Assembly: GCA_000934665.2 (NCBI GenBank) | Contig: KZ538277.1 | Coordinates: forward strand, 1 to 64,000 | Length of the DNA stretch: 64,000 nucleotides | From: Catajapyx aquilonaris | Taxonomy: Eukaryota | Direction: 5' to 3' | Part shown: in pieces, positions 23,511-35,780 of the stretch | Position numbering within the stretch: position 1 is the stretch's first letter | Layout of the letters: every line of letters begins with the position of its first letter | The notes under the pieces: model-generated | Seen by the model: the letters and a program-made list of their open reading frames with translations, nothing else | The model's database searches: none | Told to the model about the DNA's origin: nothing | Program-made: the position numbers and the translations under genes

Positions 23511-24864
23511 GTTTTTATCCACCTAACAATAATTTTTATTCACTCTAGAGTATATCAATCACACATCCTGCACTAACAGTACATTTGGCCTAGCCATAAC
23601 GCAACACTTTAAGAAAATTCATTAACACATAACAAACCAGCGTCGATGTTCTTATAATGTGCATTATTTGCGCACACTTGTATCAGATTCCAGCTCTTGG
23701 AATGAACACGAAAAAAAGCCACAATTAGCCAGCACATATACAGGAATGGCTGCCAGAGATGGTTGGTACAGCACAACAGTCTTTTATTGATTACTATGGT
23801 TGTTCGGGTGGATGGGGGTTTGGGTTGAGGATGATGTGTCTCCTTCTCCTCTTCTTCTCCCTCAGCTTTTCCCTCGCCCCACCAAATCCTACTCTAACGT
23901 TTTATGAATAAGTTGCGGTGGGGCTTGGTATGTCGGCTCCCCATCTGCCTATAAGATATACCTTCGCTTCACCCCAACCCTCAGGCGTCCTTCTTCAAAC
24001 TGCAATTCAATTCTCGACTGCCTGCTTGCCTTACACAAACTTCTACGTTATGCCACTCAACTGATTCCAGCCAACTGCAGTGGGGCCAAATTTCGTCCAT
24101 TTAGGGGTTGTATACGCTCCGGGAGATTTCCAGCGCATTGGAGGATTAAAAATCCATGTTGAGAGTGATGCACGATATAGCTTTGTTTCGGGCTTGTCGC
24201 CGAGAGATCCGCCTAATCCCAACGCGGCATTTGTTGACTCGTTGGGCTTATGTAATATTCTCCACGGCTCGAGTCGTGGACGAAATGATAATCCCTGTAG
24301 ATCGCAACGGGCATCCCCGGGGCCACTACTGTGGAGGGGGAAAGCCTGTCACACATGTAGTGTCCCCTGTGTCCCTAAACGTCCCTCAGGAGCAGGCTTG
24401 TAATGATGCTGCAATTGCCCGTTTCCATATAAGACACAACCATGACTTTCTTGCATCCGTCGCCCCCATACCAGCGACGAGAATCATGACAGTCTCCTGT
24501 CATGCCCTCGTGATACATTAATTTTCAATTGTAACCATCCATCTTTTCTAGCCGGCTCAGGACCGGCATTGTGAGTCTCTGCCAACCCAAGGGGAAACTC
24601 TGGAAGGGAAGTTTTTTCCCCCCCGTCTTCTTCTTCTTCCTTTTTTTTCTGTCGCCTTCTCTTTTTTGGAAGATGGCGTATTTGCAGAGTTGTACAGAAC
24701 AGCGGGATTCGTATGTCATTTTCGCTTTTGAGTGCCTAACCGTCACTCAGTCACACTTGGCTCGGGTAATTTGGGTGCCCTTGCATAAGCACAGGCTGTT
24801 CCTCCAACATTTCTAGAAGGGGAGTGTACCTTCTTTATAAATTTCCCCAAACTGCGGCAGTCTC

Positions 24865-24868
<4 letters not shown>

Positions 24869-24918
<50 letters not shown>
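24869..24918. repeat. (CT)n/(GA)n microsatellite
   Basis: Directly visible dinucleotide run of about 50 bp. Confidence 0.97.
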
Positions 24919-24921
<3 letters not shown>

Positions 24922-27821
24922 GTTGAAGTTTGATACCCCGGAATCAATAGTTGGGTTGGTTATTCGCTGTGCAGAGTTGGATTCCTTTCTTCCTGCCAGT
25001 GACTGTGAAGTGCGTTTCATACTCGCGCGACGGGATCATTAATCTTCGGGGGCCTCGCATTGTCGCTGCGATCCGCCGATTATTAAAAAATGGACGCACT
25101 GAACGGAAGCAGGGCACACTTGACTGCATCTGTAATGAGTGATTCCAACAGCAGATTCTATGCTATAGGGAGCCCATACCGGGGGTTCCCCGGTAGAGTG
25201 CTGCGGGACAGGAATGGTGGCGCTGCAGCGCGCTGCAGCGACTCACAGCGCCACCATACCTGTATCCGAGTAAGAAATCTGGGGCATACAGATTTTGATA
25301 AGGTGTGCTGTGTATAGAAGAAAAGAACAAAAACATGGGGAGGGAAAAATAGACGGGAAGAGGGAAAAGGGCACGCTCTCTATCTCGGTATTTTCAGCCC
25401 ATTGCTTTTGAAGAAGTTAATAAAGTGCCGAATCTGTCAGAGGAGTCAATGACTTGCTTTCCATCGTGCTCGTTGCCAGCTTCGGGAGCTCCCAAGACGT
25501 GGAAATTTATGGCCCGGCATCATGGTCCGCTTCACTTTTCATCGTGCGCACGGGGCCCCGCCAAGAAACGGCCCCCCTCCCCAAAAGCTGGGCCAAATCA
25601 TATTGCACTACATTGCATATTTGTTCCCCTTCATAAGGTTGCTAAAGATATGCTCCTTTAATCACGGTGGCGCCTCTTAATTACTATAATTTATAAGGAG
25701 GGATTAATTAGGAGCGCTGCAACAGACAGAAATCAATAGGGATATAAATGTGTGGAAATAGGGGAGTTTGCGACTGTGCGCCGGTTTTGGTTGTATATAT
25801 GAACCAGGGTTAGGGGTAGGGTATGCTGCTGCCAAGCGGTGGCAGATTTTCCAACGCGCTGTGCCGGACAGCTCTCGCCCTCTCATTACACCATTACAAG
25901 CCTACTACACTGCTGGGAGGACGATAAATCTGACATCAACATGCCCCACACACCCGAATTCATATCCACCGACAGGAGTAGACTAATGTTTTGAAGTGCA
26001 GCCTGCGATCGTCTCATTAAGGGTTAGGCCTATGCTGACGGCGCACCAGGCCTAGGGTGAATAATAGTCGGTAGGCGGTGGAAACCCAGGTTGTGGTTAT
26101 TGTACATCCGGCTAATGCTCAAGTAATTCTGTCTGTCGTCTTATTACAGGGGCCATGCGGAATGTTCCAAATGCAGTTTTAACGCTCCCGGTTTGGGTGA
26201 AGCCCGGACCTCAGACAACGGCGTTTTCAGGATTTATGGGGACCAGCTAGCTAGCTAGCCCTGTTTTGGCACCGGCTCTTGCAAGCTGGTGTGTTCCATT
26301 CAGCTTTTTTGGCTCATCCTGTGGGGGCAGGCAACATGTAAACGGGCCTAATCTGGTCCACACCTGTTTGAAGGGCTAGGGCTCATTCCTGCGGCTGCTA
26401 TCTTAATTAAGCTTTTGATTAAATTATCGACTAGGCTAAAAGCCTTTCGTGTGCTCGCCATTGTTTGCTGCCATCTTCTCTGCCGCAATATTCGTCCAAT
26501 AGAGTCTTCACGCTCGTAATGAATCCATCCCACTCTGTCACCTGATCCCATTGAATTTTGATCAAGCTTTTCACCCCCATACTTCAAATGACTGATACGC
26601 GGGAGCCGAAGCGTTTCATCGCTGAAAGTACACACTTCATTTATTATGTTATCATGTCTTTTCGTTTGATTTCCTTGCCAACAATGTTCCTTTATCGATC
26701 CCGACGATAATGCGCTTCTCTTTTACTCCTTTTGTGCGCTTTGTAGGGGGGGGGGGGGAATGGTGGTANGGTGGTAGGAGGGGAGGCTGAAACCGCATGC
26801 TATCAGTATCGTCATAGAAATGAATGCTGGCGCTGACTGAGGTGTCTGCTATATAGTAAGCCCATGCCGCTTCCTCCCCATTCCTCTATAAGCAAATCAA
26901 GCCCTGCCTGCGCCACATTGAGCAAGAAGAAAGGAAGGAGCTGAAAGCACAAGCGAAAACCCTGCGGCTTCAAAATCATTACCAGCATGGGAAATGATGT
27001 AGAGTTGCGGATGGATGGTTGCTTGCTTCGTTCGTTCGTTGCTTGCTTGCTTGGATGAATTGATATAGGCCTTCACAACTCTTCTGGCCTGCACCAAAAC
27101 TTGGTGGTGCTCATCAAAGCGACACACACAGGAGGAATCTATTCAGCAGATTCCCCCCGCCTTGGGAAACTCTACACGTGCAACAATTAGGAGGAAATTA
27201 GTCCTCCTTTTCTTGGCCAGCATCGGGGGGTCACAAAGACCCGTTTTTTTCGTATGCACAAAATTCGAGCAATCTATTACCGGACTCAAAATCCATGGAT
27301 GGTGTTATCTTTAGAAACTAGCCATTCCAGCCTGTCATCACACACTTAGGAGCTGGATCCACTTGAAGCGTAATGATCTGCATCCTCCCAATTTTTGACA
27401 AAATTTGATCTAGCTCTTTGGCGAAGTGTATGATCCCCAGGAAGCCCAACGCACTTTGCATGTGAAGTAGAGCGATTTGGAAATTCGCAGTTCCATCAGC
27501 AGTGCGCGGAGGGAAGGTAAGATTGGAGCCTGCAGGCAGTTTCAACTTGAGCGTGTTCAAAACTCTTGGAGCTGTAGGGGAGGAGGTCATTTAGGCGGCT
27601 CTTATCAGCTCTTTTATTGTGCCAGGAAGAGTTTGGCACCACCAAGAATATGGTCGTCGGGTTCAAGCGTCGCATATTTTTGTCTAACCCCCAGACGCGG
27701 TTTTGGGGCTTTGTGGCAGGAAGGCAATCTGATAGGCTGAGGATGTTGTCCTCAGATTGCACCTCAAGTGCTGCTAACACCAGATAGAAATTCAAACAGA
27801 CATCATTTACTGGTGTGTTGA

Positions 27822-27954
27822 AATCAGGTTTGTCATGAAAGGTAGGCCACCCGCACCACTTCGCTCTGGCCAACCCGGGAGCATCTTCATTTCCAAGCCT
27901 GATTGGCCCGAGCGAAGTGGTATGGGTGGCCTACCTTTCAGGACAAACCTGATT
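27822..27954. mobile_element. Palindromic MITE
   Basis: AATCAGGTTTGTCATGAAAGGTAGGCCACCC / GGGTGGCCTACCTTTCAGGACAAACCTGATT, with arms of about 50 bp. Confidence 0.8.
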
Positions 27955-29876
27955 GAGGTCTGCTACCCTAATTGTGTTGGCGACTGTACTATGATAGAAC
28001 AAGGGCCGAGTCACAAAGGCCGGGCTGACTCAACACAATAATTATGCCTTGCAAATAAGAGAGGCAGTGAACTAAATGGAAGGAATTTAGAGCGTCCATT
28101 AGACTACCTAATTTTCTGGCTTCTGCAGTTGGTGCAACCTTCCCATTAATTCCCCACCATACTCCCCACCCTCCCACTCCAACAGCAGTACCTCCTCCTC
28201 CACCCCCCACCCTGCAGCACCGCTACCGACTCTGAAAACTCCTTTCACTCTCACTCTTCCCATTGTGAAGTGGTGGTAGCTCTATGGTTTAATGGCTTGC
28301 TTCACAGCCCTCTCGTCCTGTGCCAGAGACGGGGCCTAGCAATACGTCCCTTTTACTTCCTAATCACCGATAATATTGCTCAAATTCCTCGTTTTGGAAA
28401 TGCAGATGAGAAGAAAATTTTCCAGCAGAATCGTTTTGAGCTCAAAGTTATAAAATGAAGCAAAGTGCTGAACGTTCTTGAGATGGACTGACACGAGCAA
28501 AGCAAGTGAGTCTGGTATGTTGGCGCGCGTGTTAAACAAATAAGGCATGGACTGGAGCTGTGTGGCAATTAATAAAGATTACTCGGCAGCATGCCTTTGA
28601 ATCCTCTCTACCAGATTAACACCCGGGAATTTCCATTGATATAACGCAAGCCCCCATTGTTTTCTGCAATTGTTTTGATTAATCTGGCCGGCCTTCTCAC
28701 TTCAGCATCGCAATCCATTGGCCACCGAATTACACTGATTAAAACCAGGATTTTTGTAGCACATACTGGAAAAAGTTGCTAATATGTGTGATAATAGTTG
28801 ATGGCTTCTATGCAAATGGTATCAGAAAGGGGAGAAGGAAGGTCTAAGCAGGCAATTAAGTCTAAGTGTGAAGGGTATAGAATAGCAGGAGTTTGGGCTT
28901 TGACAGGCTCCGGCGAACAATTAGGCTTTTGCAGGTGGACGTGAGAGTCTGCAAGTGCTGAGTGGAGATTTGTGTCAGGCCGATTATTTATTGCCTCTCG
29001 GTGCTGGCCTAGACACAACTCCCCCGTCCTCAACCCCCACTGCTTTCACTCCCTGCACGCCGCCGCCGCCGCTCCCAATCCCGAACACTGTTGGCACAAG
29101 AGCTAGTGCTATTTAGAGCAATTTATCCGACAGGGCTCCAATGTTCATCCCCTTGATAAAACAGACCTAAGCCTCTGGCTGACAGGTCATGAACATAGAG
29201 GGTTACCGAACATCATCATAAACATTCATCATCTCAACGAGATCTCATCTGCAAGCCCGAGCTGGCAATGAGCACTGGCACTCGGAGCATCTTTAATTGA
29301 CGGAGCTTCTTCGGATGGGAGTAGTAGGGGAGGGAGCGGCTGTCGAGGGATGTACTGGCGGGGGGATTAGCAACCATAGCTCCCTTCCCACCCACCCCTT
29401 TCCCTCAACACCAAGAAACTTTCTCTCCAAATTCCCAAATACCTAGCAGTATCTCGGGGTAGAGTTCCTCCTGCATTCATGTTCTTTGGGGGGAAATTGT
29501 TCGGCGGTCTTTGCTTATCGGTAGGGAAGTCTTGCTAATGTAGATGACAAGTTATGTGATGTGGCTATAAATCAAATTTGGATTCGATCAGACTAGGCCA
29601 ACCGGTAGGCTTGGAGATGGAGAGTGGTCCGAGCATAATGCTAACGGGTTCTGTCCAAGGATCAATTTGCAGTGTGTTACAATGATGTTCCTTATGATGT
29701 TATATGAAAAAATAAATATTCAATATGGGTTTGAAGATTCGTAATTTGCAATTTTTTCGCATTTAAAATGGCAATAGAAAGCACTAGAAACCGGCCAGAA
29801 TTTTAATATTAACTTTTGACAATATTAGTGGATTATGGCCAATTTTTTAAGTCGCATGTTGTTCCTTGGACCTATA

Positions 29877-30092
29877 CAGGGTGTTCCAGATTCGTGGGTC
29901 ACTTTTTGATAACTGATATCGCCCGATAGCAGTAATTTTCTGTAGCTTGTTGTGCCCCTAACCATGTGCTCCATTTTATAGCAGTAGTTATAGAATGGAG
30001 CACATGGTTAGGGGCACAACAAGCTACAAAAAATTACTGGTATCGGGCTATATCAGTCATCAAAAAGTGACCCACGAATCTGGAACACCCTG
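29877..30092. mobile_element. Tc1/mariner-type palindromic MITE
   Basis: CAGGGTGTTCCAGATTCGTGGGTCACTTTTTGAT...ATCAAAAAGTGACCCACGAATCTGGAACACCCTG; TA flanks; ~100-bp arms with few mismatches. Confidence 0.9.
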
Positions 30093-30193
30093 TATATTAA
30101 TATAAATATTCTGGTTGGACAATCTGATAGCATCTCACATTTCAAATGTTATTAAAATTATTGCGCCTAAAATACCACTCAAATTATTGATGA

Positions 30194-30452
30194 TAATTGA
30201 AGACTTTGGAGTAAGAACGATTAAGGTCCACTTTTTGTCAAAAATTAGTTACATATCTCATCAGATAGTTTCACTAGCCTAGAATATGATGGTTTGGTCG
30301 TAGTTGTGGAGTAATGATCATAGGTCACTATGGAAGGCCCTGTAAGTTGGATTTACAATAGAACCTTATGAGTCTTCGAAATTAGATATTGGAATATCTC
30401 CATTTCACCTGAGATGGACCTTGATCGTTCTTCCCCCGAGGTCTTCAATTAT
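30194..30452. mobile_element. Degenerate inverted-repeat element
   Basis: ATAATTGAAGACTTTGGAGTAAGAACGATTAAGGTCCA is mirrored by TGGACCTTGATCGTTCTTCCCCCGAGGTCTTCAATTAT. Confidence 0.55.
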
Positions 30453-31595
30453 TGCCTTAAATTTAACCTAAAATTCTGTCTACTGTGACAATGATTTGAA
30501 ATTCAAAAATTGTAAATTTTTCCTACTTTTTCATAAATATTATGAGGAACAACTTCTAACAGCAATGATCATGACACACCACAAAATCAATCCTGGAAAT
30601 GATCCTTTATGTAATCCATCCCTTAAAACGTGTGGTGCTTCAATCTCCTGCCAGGTGGAGCCACTGGCCGGCTGATAAGGTGCCGGCTCAGATATGGAAT
30701 CGGAATTTGGTAATTAACCGATAAGCCGTGCCAGCATTGTGTAGCTGGCATTCCAAGAGAGGGGGGGGGGTAGTCTGAGGGGGGGGGGAGGATTGTTATT
30801 TTGTGCGACGGAATAAGGTGAGCTGGAGAGGCATTTTCCGCAAACCCCTTCCTTCCAGCTCCCGTCGTAACCGGCCCTGGAAATCAATTATTGGAAGTGA
30901 GCACAATAGGCAGGCGGGAACAAAAGAAGGGCGCTCTATTCTTGCTGGTAATTTGCATCTTGGCGGGGTGAAGTTCCTGTTTCTGGGGAGGCTCGATAGA
31001 GGAAAACCCTCCTCCTCCTCCTCCACCTCCATTTTCCCCAAGAGCCAAGCTAAAGGAGTTGGCATGCGCAGATCCATCTCTCGCCAGAAAACCCTCCAGG
31101 AAAATGCTAACTGGCTGGAAGGCAGTAGGCTCCAGGTTAGATTTCATCTCCTTCATTAACGTTAAATGCTACTGATTTCAAGTAGCACCATATCAGAGCA
31201 ACTTTCCTCCCTATCAGAAGCCGGCGAGAACGAAAGTTTTATCTTCGTTTTCCTTCAATTTCCCGTGCTCGAAACTCAACCACCTTCGGGGAAGGGAAAT
31301 TAAATTCTTTGCATGAATTTGCATCACTGATTGGTTCATTTACATATTGATGGAATTCTCCCAAAATACCACCTGATAACGCGATTCCCAAGCAGCTATC
31401 TGAAAGTGTGGAATTAGCGATTTTTAACTGAGATTTCGGATGGAAAATTAAGGCTTGCCGTTTGGTAGGCAGGGGAGGGATAGGGGAAGCTCAACATTCC
31501 GATATTAGGATGGCGCGACTATTCAGGATTGCAACGAAACTTTGGGAATGCTGATGGAAATGAAAATACTATTGCCCAACCAATCGACAACTATT

Positions 31596-31601
31596 TTTAT
31601 T
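31596..31601 (-). terminator. Candidate distal poly(A) signal (AATAAA) for Hox3
   Basis: TTTATT on the + strand, followed on the minus strand by GT-rich sequence. A more proximal AATAAA lies at 34411-34416. No transcript evidence. Confidence 0.3.
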
Positions 31602-34600
31602 CCACTCAAAAAAGTTCAGGCTACAACACAAATAATTCCTCATAAAATAATGCATTATTGGTAACAATATGTTAAAGCAAGTACCCTGTATGGCATATAC
31701 CCTGTTTGTAAAGTCCTCCGATTACTGAACTCGAAAGCCAAACCCTGTTTAGTCCACTACATATGAAGAGACTTTCCAACTATGCCTTTGGTAACATTCA
31801 CACATTCCGAATATACATCTTTAACTAATATAATTTTTCAAACAAAAAAAACTGCTAAGTCGCAGGCCATCTGCTGTCATTTTGCATGTATGACATATGC
31901 AGATATGTTGCTCAAGTACTATTCTACTCAATAACAATACCCTGTAATATTTTCTTTGGATTCTCATGTTCCAGCCTAGAATTTTGGAATAATAATTCAG
32001 GAACAAAACTGGTGAGGTCTAGTCAACTGATTGAACTGGAAACATACGGCTCACAGCAAAAACCCGCATTTCTTGTTGAAATTGGGTAGCCTGCAGTTAT
32101 GTTAGAACCCAGCAAAAAAAAAACTCGGATCTTGATGATTTCTTACTGCATTAATTTTAGGCCCTCACCATGGTCTGTCTGCAGGCGGATTTCTCCAAGG
32201 ACAAGATAAGGGCGGATCCTGGCTTGTGTATCTTCCTCACAGGTGAAGCAACTTGCCAAAAAAAATACCTATATAGATTCTGGAAGCCATCAATATTTTT
32301 TTTGTAGCTATTTGTCCCACCTTTGGAGTGTACTAATTAATACTGTTATTTTAAATTTAATTCCCAAAAAATCCCTACAGCCTGATTCAGCCTATATACA
32401 CACGACCGCTGGTGATGCAAATGAGGGATCCAACCGGCATGCTCAAAACACGTAAAAGAATACCGGGGGAGCCTCTGGTTAATACGAATTTCATTTTGGC
32501 GCGCTCAACGCAACTTTATGATACCTTCCGTAGGGTCTCCCCCCTCCCCCCCAAACGCCTAACCCCTCCCCTCTCTAACAGTGCTGGTGACATATGCTAA
32601 TATCGGGCCGGGGAGGCATGATATATCAAACCTCCACCCTAGAGTCAAACAGAGCGGTAACGCCGGATTTAGAGTTAACTTACGAGTAGCTTGGAGTGTT
32701 CCTTCCCTACATAAATCATCTCCAATAAAGATGGGAAAGACAGAAAATTAGCACAATCACAATCATCTTTGCCAGCTGACACTTTGCATGCAAACTTATG
32801 GGGTGCAAAGATGTCAACTGGGCTGAATAAAATCCGTTCTCCATCGGTGCCATCTGGCCTCAATGTGTTCAAAGTTCCCCGCCAGCTCGAGGATCGAGGA
32901 GAATATAAAAATACAACGCCCCTCTCATGGTCGTGTTTACTAGAGTCTCTCCCCCCATGCCATTTTAGGCACAGGTAAAGGACCAAGTTCACATCTTTTA
33001 TCCATTTTTATACAGAGAGGGTGGATCACACTTTGGCGCTTGGACTACATAACCATCAACAGTAGTGACTAGTTGTAGTATCAAATTTAGGAGCTGGCAC
33101 CACTCGTAGGGTGTTGAACGATGGTGGCGATGGAGGGGTTTTTTTTCTGACGAGTTGCAAAATCAACTGATTTTTTATATATATAAATAAGGTGGGACAA
33201 ATTGTTGGAAATATTAAAAGTGGATTAATCCTGATTGAATGACATCGAATAATCGCCTTTGACGAAGGAAAAGTGTATGAACCAGGAATTAAGGCCGTCA
33301 ATTAAGACGAAAATAGGCTTAATGACACCACTCGCGATAAAAGTCCTTGAATATTATCCCTGAAGCCGAAGAGACCTGTCTTCTGGATTAACTCTTTAAA
33401 ACTAATTAATACAATATTTCACTACGTGACTAATGACTGGGTGCATCAGCAGTGGTTGGCTTCTGAAGTTAGTTTAGAGACGCTTAAACGACACACATTT
33501 GAAAGTGTGAAGCTTATCTAAACTAAACACAGCTGTTGATGAACACACCCATGAAACTCTTGGCACAGTATGACTATCAGTTACAGTTTCCCGGCAATTT
33601 TTGTTGACCCTTTTTTTTATCCTGTCTTTGCAACTTGACGCAAGTGGTTTTTTTGCGGTGTGTAACTGGCAACAACAAGAGCACATTTTTTGTGTGCAAA
33701 AGGCTAAAACTGCTTGATTAAGGCGACACTTAAAAGCAGAAATATTGCACCGAAAATAAAGACAATACCGATTAATATTGAGCAAGGCAAATGCCTTATA
33801 TCCTAATAACGTTCTGCACTATATAATCTAAGTTATGTTTAACATTAAATATAACTCATAAAAACATTTTTTTAAATCCGTATATGTAATATGATTATCT
33901 ACCAATTCTATCAGCAGCAATTTTAATGATTACCGTAATTTCACGGTTGTCCAAGCAATTACATTGAGCAATGTCACATGTTTAGTTTCCAAATATGTCT
34001 GCCTGAGAGAAATAATGCTGCTTTAAACGTGCCCAAGTGACTCAATAATTAGTGTGCAAAGAAATTATGCATTAGGTCTTCAGAGTGTTGCATTTTAATA
34101 CTCGGGGATGAATAATGGGTATTGATTACTTTTTTTTGACACTCAGTGGCTTTATACATCTAAGACAAAATGGCTTCCTGAATACTGGCATATTTTAATT
34201 CATTACCAACTTTGTCGCATTCTGGCTCATTGTGTCGCTAGTTGTTAATGATAATTTGGTAATTGGGTTTTGGGGGTATTTTTAAAAATATGGTTGAAAG
34301 ACAGCTCCTTTTGAAATGTTTTGCGAAAAGGAAAATCCAAATCAACTTTCACTTTCTTGCGACACGACATCGCAAATTTTCTTTTCTGAAAACAGTCACG
34401 TTTGGTAGAATTTATTGGATGCTTATTTAAAGGTAAAGCTTATTGATGGATCTGATTCTACTTATCAAGAGTGATGCTAATTGCTATTGCTATTTTTGCA
34501 TTGCTTTCTAGCATTATACTAACTTGCAGGGCACTATCACGATATTTGCTCCCTTACATTTGTGGCTGTTTTCTTCCCCGCAAATACGGCGTTGCAAGAG

Positions 34601-35366
34601 TAACCAATTCATTGAATTATTGATTAAGGGTAATTATGCACTCAAGGATTGTAGTACTTAGTCAAGAATCCAATTATAATCCAGGAGCAAATTTAGTCTT
34701 TTTTGCTTAAATGTGATGCAAGGATGTGAAGGACGGATATTAATAATTAAGTGGGACATATTGATATGCATTCGAAAATTATGAATTTCGATGACCATGA
34801 AAAATCCATAATAACTGAACAAGCGGCCATATGAAACATAGTTGGTAATAGTAGCCTAATAATATTCGCGTGACTGATACGCTAGTCAATGAAAAACAAC
34901 GACAAAAATAATTGTGTGAATTCATGCCCCGGTATTGCAATGCAACAATGTTATTGTAATAGTCCTATCCTTTATGAAATTTGTAAGAATTCAATTATTT
35001 TGGAGCAGTAGCCTTTTGTCACCTTACACTGAGAAAAATAGCCATTAAATATTTAGTGATTGACATCCAATATTATTTTGTAAAATATAATACTTGCTTC
35101 ACAACAGACTCGTATACACTGCATTCATTTTCATGTTACCTGACTCAACACGTTTTAAATATAAAAATATGATTTCGGGCAGCTGATGGCAATGTTCTGC
35201 AAATTCGGTTACTTTGTGAAAATAGTGACTTAAACAAGAACTACATGTAAACGGCACCCCAGGTCACAGAAGTGGAATGAAAATCGACTGCGCAACAAAA
35301 ATAGTCTGGACATTCATAAGGAACAACTACTCCCAATTTTTTAAAAAACCCCTAAAGGTGGACAAT

Positions 35367-35780
35367 TCATAAGTCAGTCAGCTTGTGCCCTTCGGTAAAA
35401 TCCGTCTCATTATGAGGAGTGGCCAAGATATCTTGCCATTGTTCCTCATCCTGACTATGGGTCATAGGCTCCGGATACTTGATCTCCGTCGACGTTTCTT
35501 GCTGTCCTCGAAAAGACATCAGCTGAAGGTGCATGGAGCAATCGGCCGATGATGACGGCTCCATCTTGGACGAAGAAAACAGAGAGTGGAACGAACCAGT
35601 AGTACCCAAATCGTGTGAAGACGACGACGAAGGCGAGGCTGTATATCCAGAAGGAGCGCACACATTGTTGTCGCACCGGCTGTTGAACTCATCCAGAGTG
35701 AACAATGGGCTAGGAGTAAAGTCCGAACCCATGTCCGGATGAGGGCTGTTCATATGTTGACCGGATGCTGCGTACTGCTC
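35367..35780 (-). CDS. Hox3: Hox3 coding exon 3 (Ser/acidic-rich C-terminus ending HKLTDL*)
   Basis: Acceptor ATTTTTATTCTCAG|GAG is phase 0 in the frame of ORF 35367..35915, and the frame ends in a Hox3-type C-terminal motif. Confidence 0.82.
   Translation of the reverse strand, partial: EQYAASGQHMNSPHPDMGSDFTPSPLFTLDEFNSRCDNNVCAPSGYTASPSSSSSHDLGTTGSFHSLFSSSKMEPSSSADCSMHLQLMSFRGQQETSTEIKYPEPMTHSQDEEQWQDILATPHNETDFTEGHKLTDL

Noticed and set aside
23179..23548. Periodic repeat-spacer pattern resembling a mini CRISPR array, with overlapping ORFs
   Set aside because: Eukaryotic context, 8-bp cores, mirrored orientation and a 9-bp TSD indicate a foldback MITE; the ORFs are by-products.
24292..24310. 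CCCTGTAGATC resembling miR-10-5p; I also looked for miR-993 and miR-10 precursors across the window
   Set aside because: The match stops after about 11 nt with no pairing star arm. I saw no TACCCTGTAG or GAAGCTCG-type mature sequence in a hairpin, though a by-eye search could miss one.
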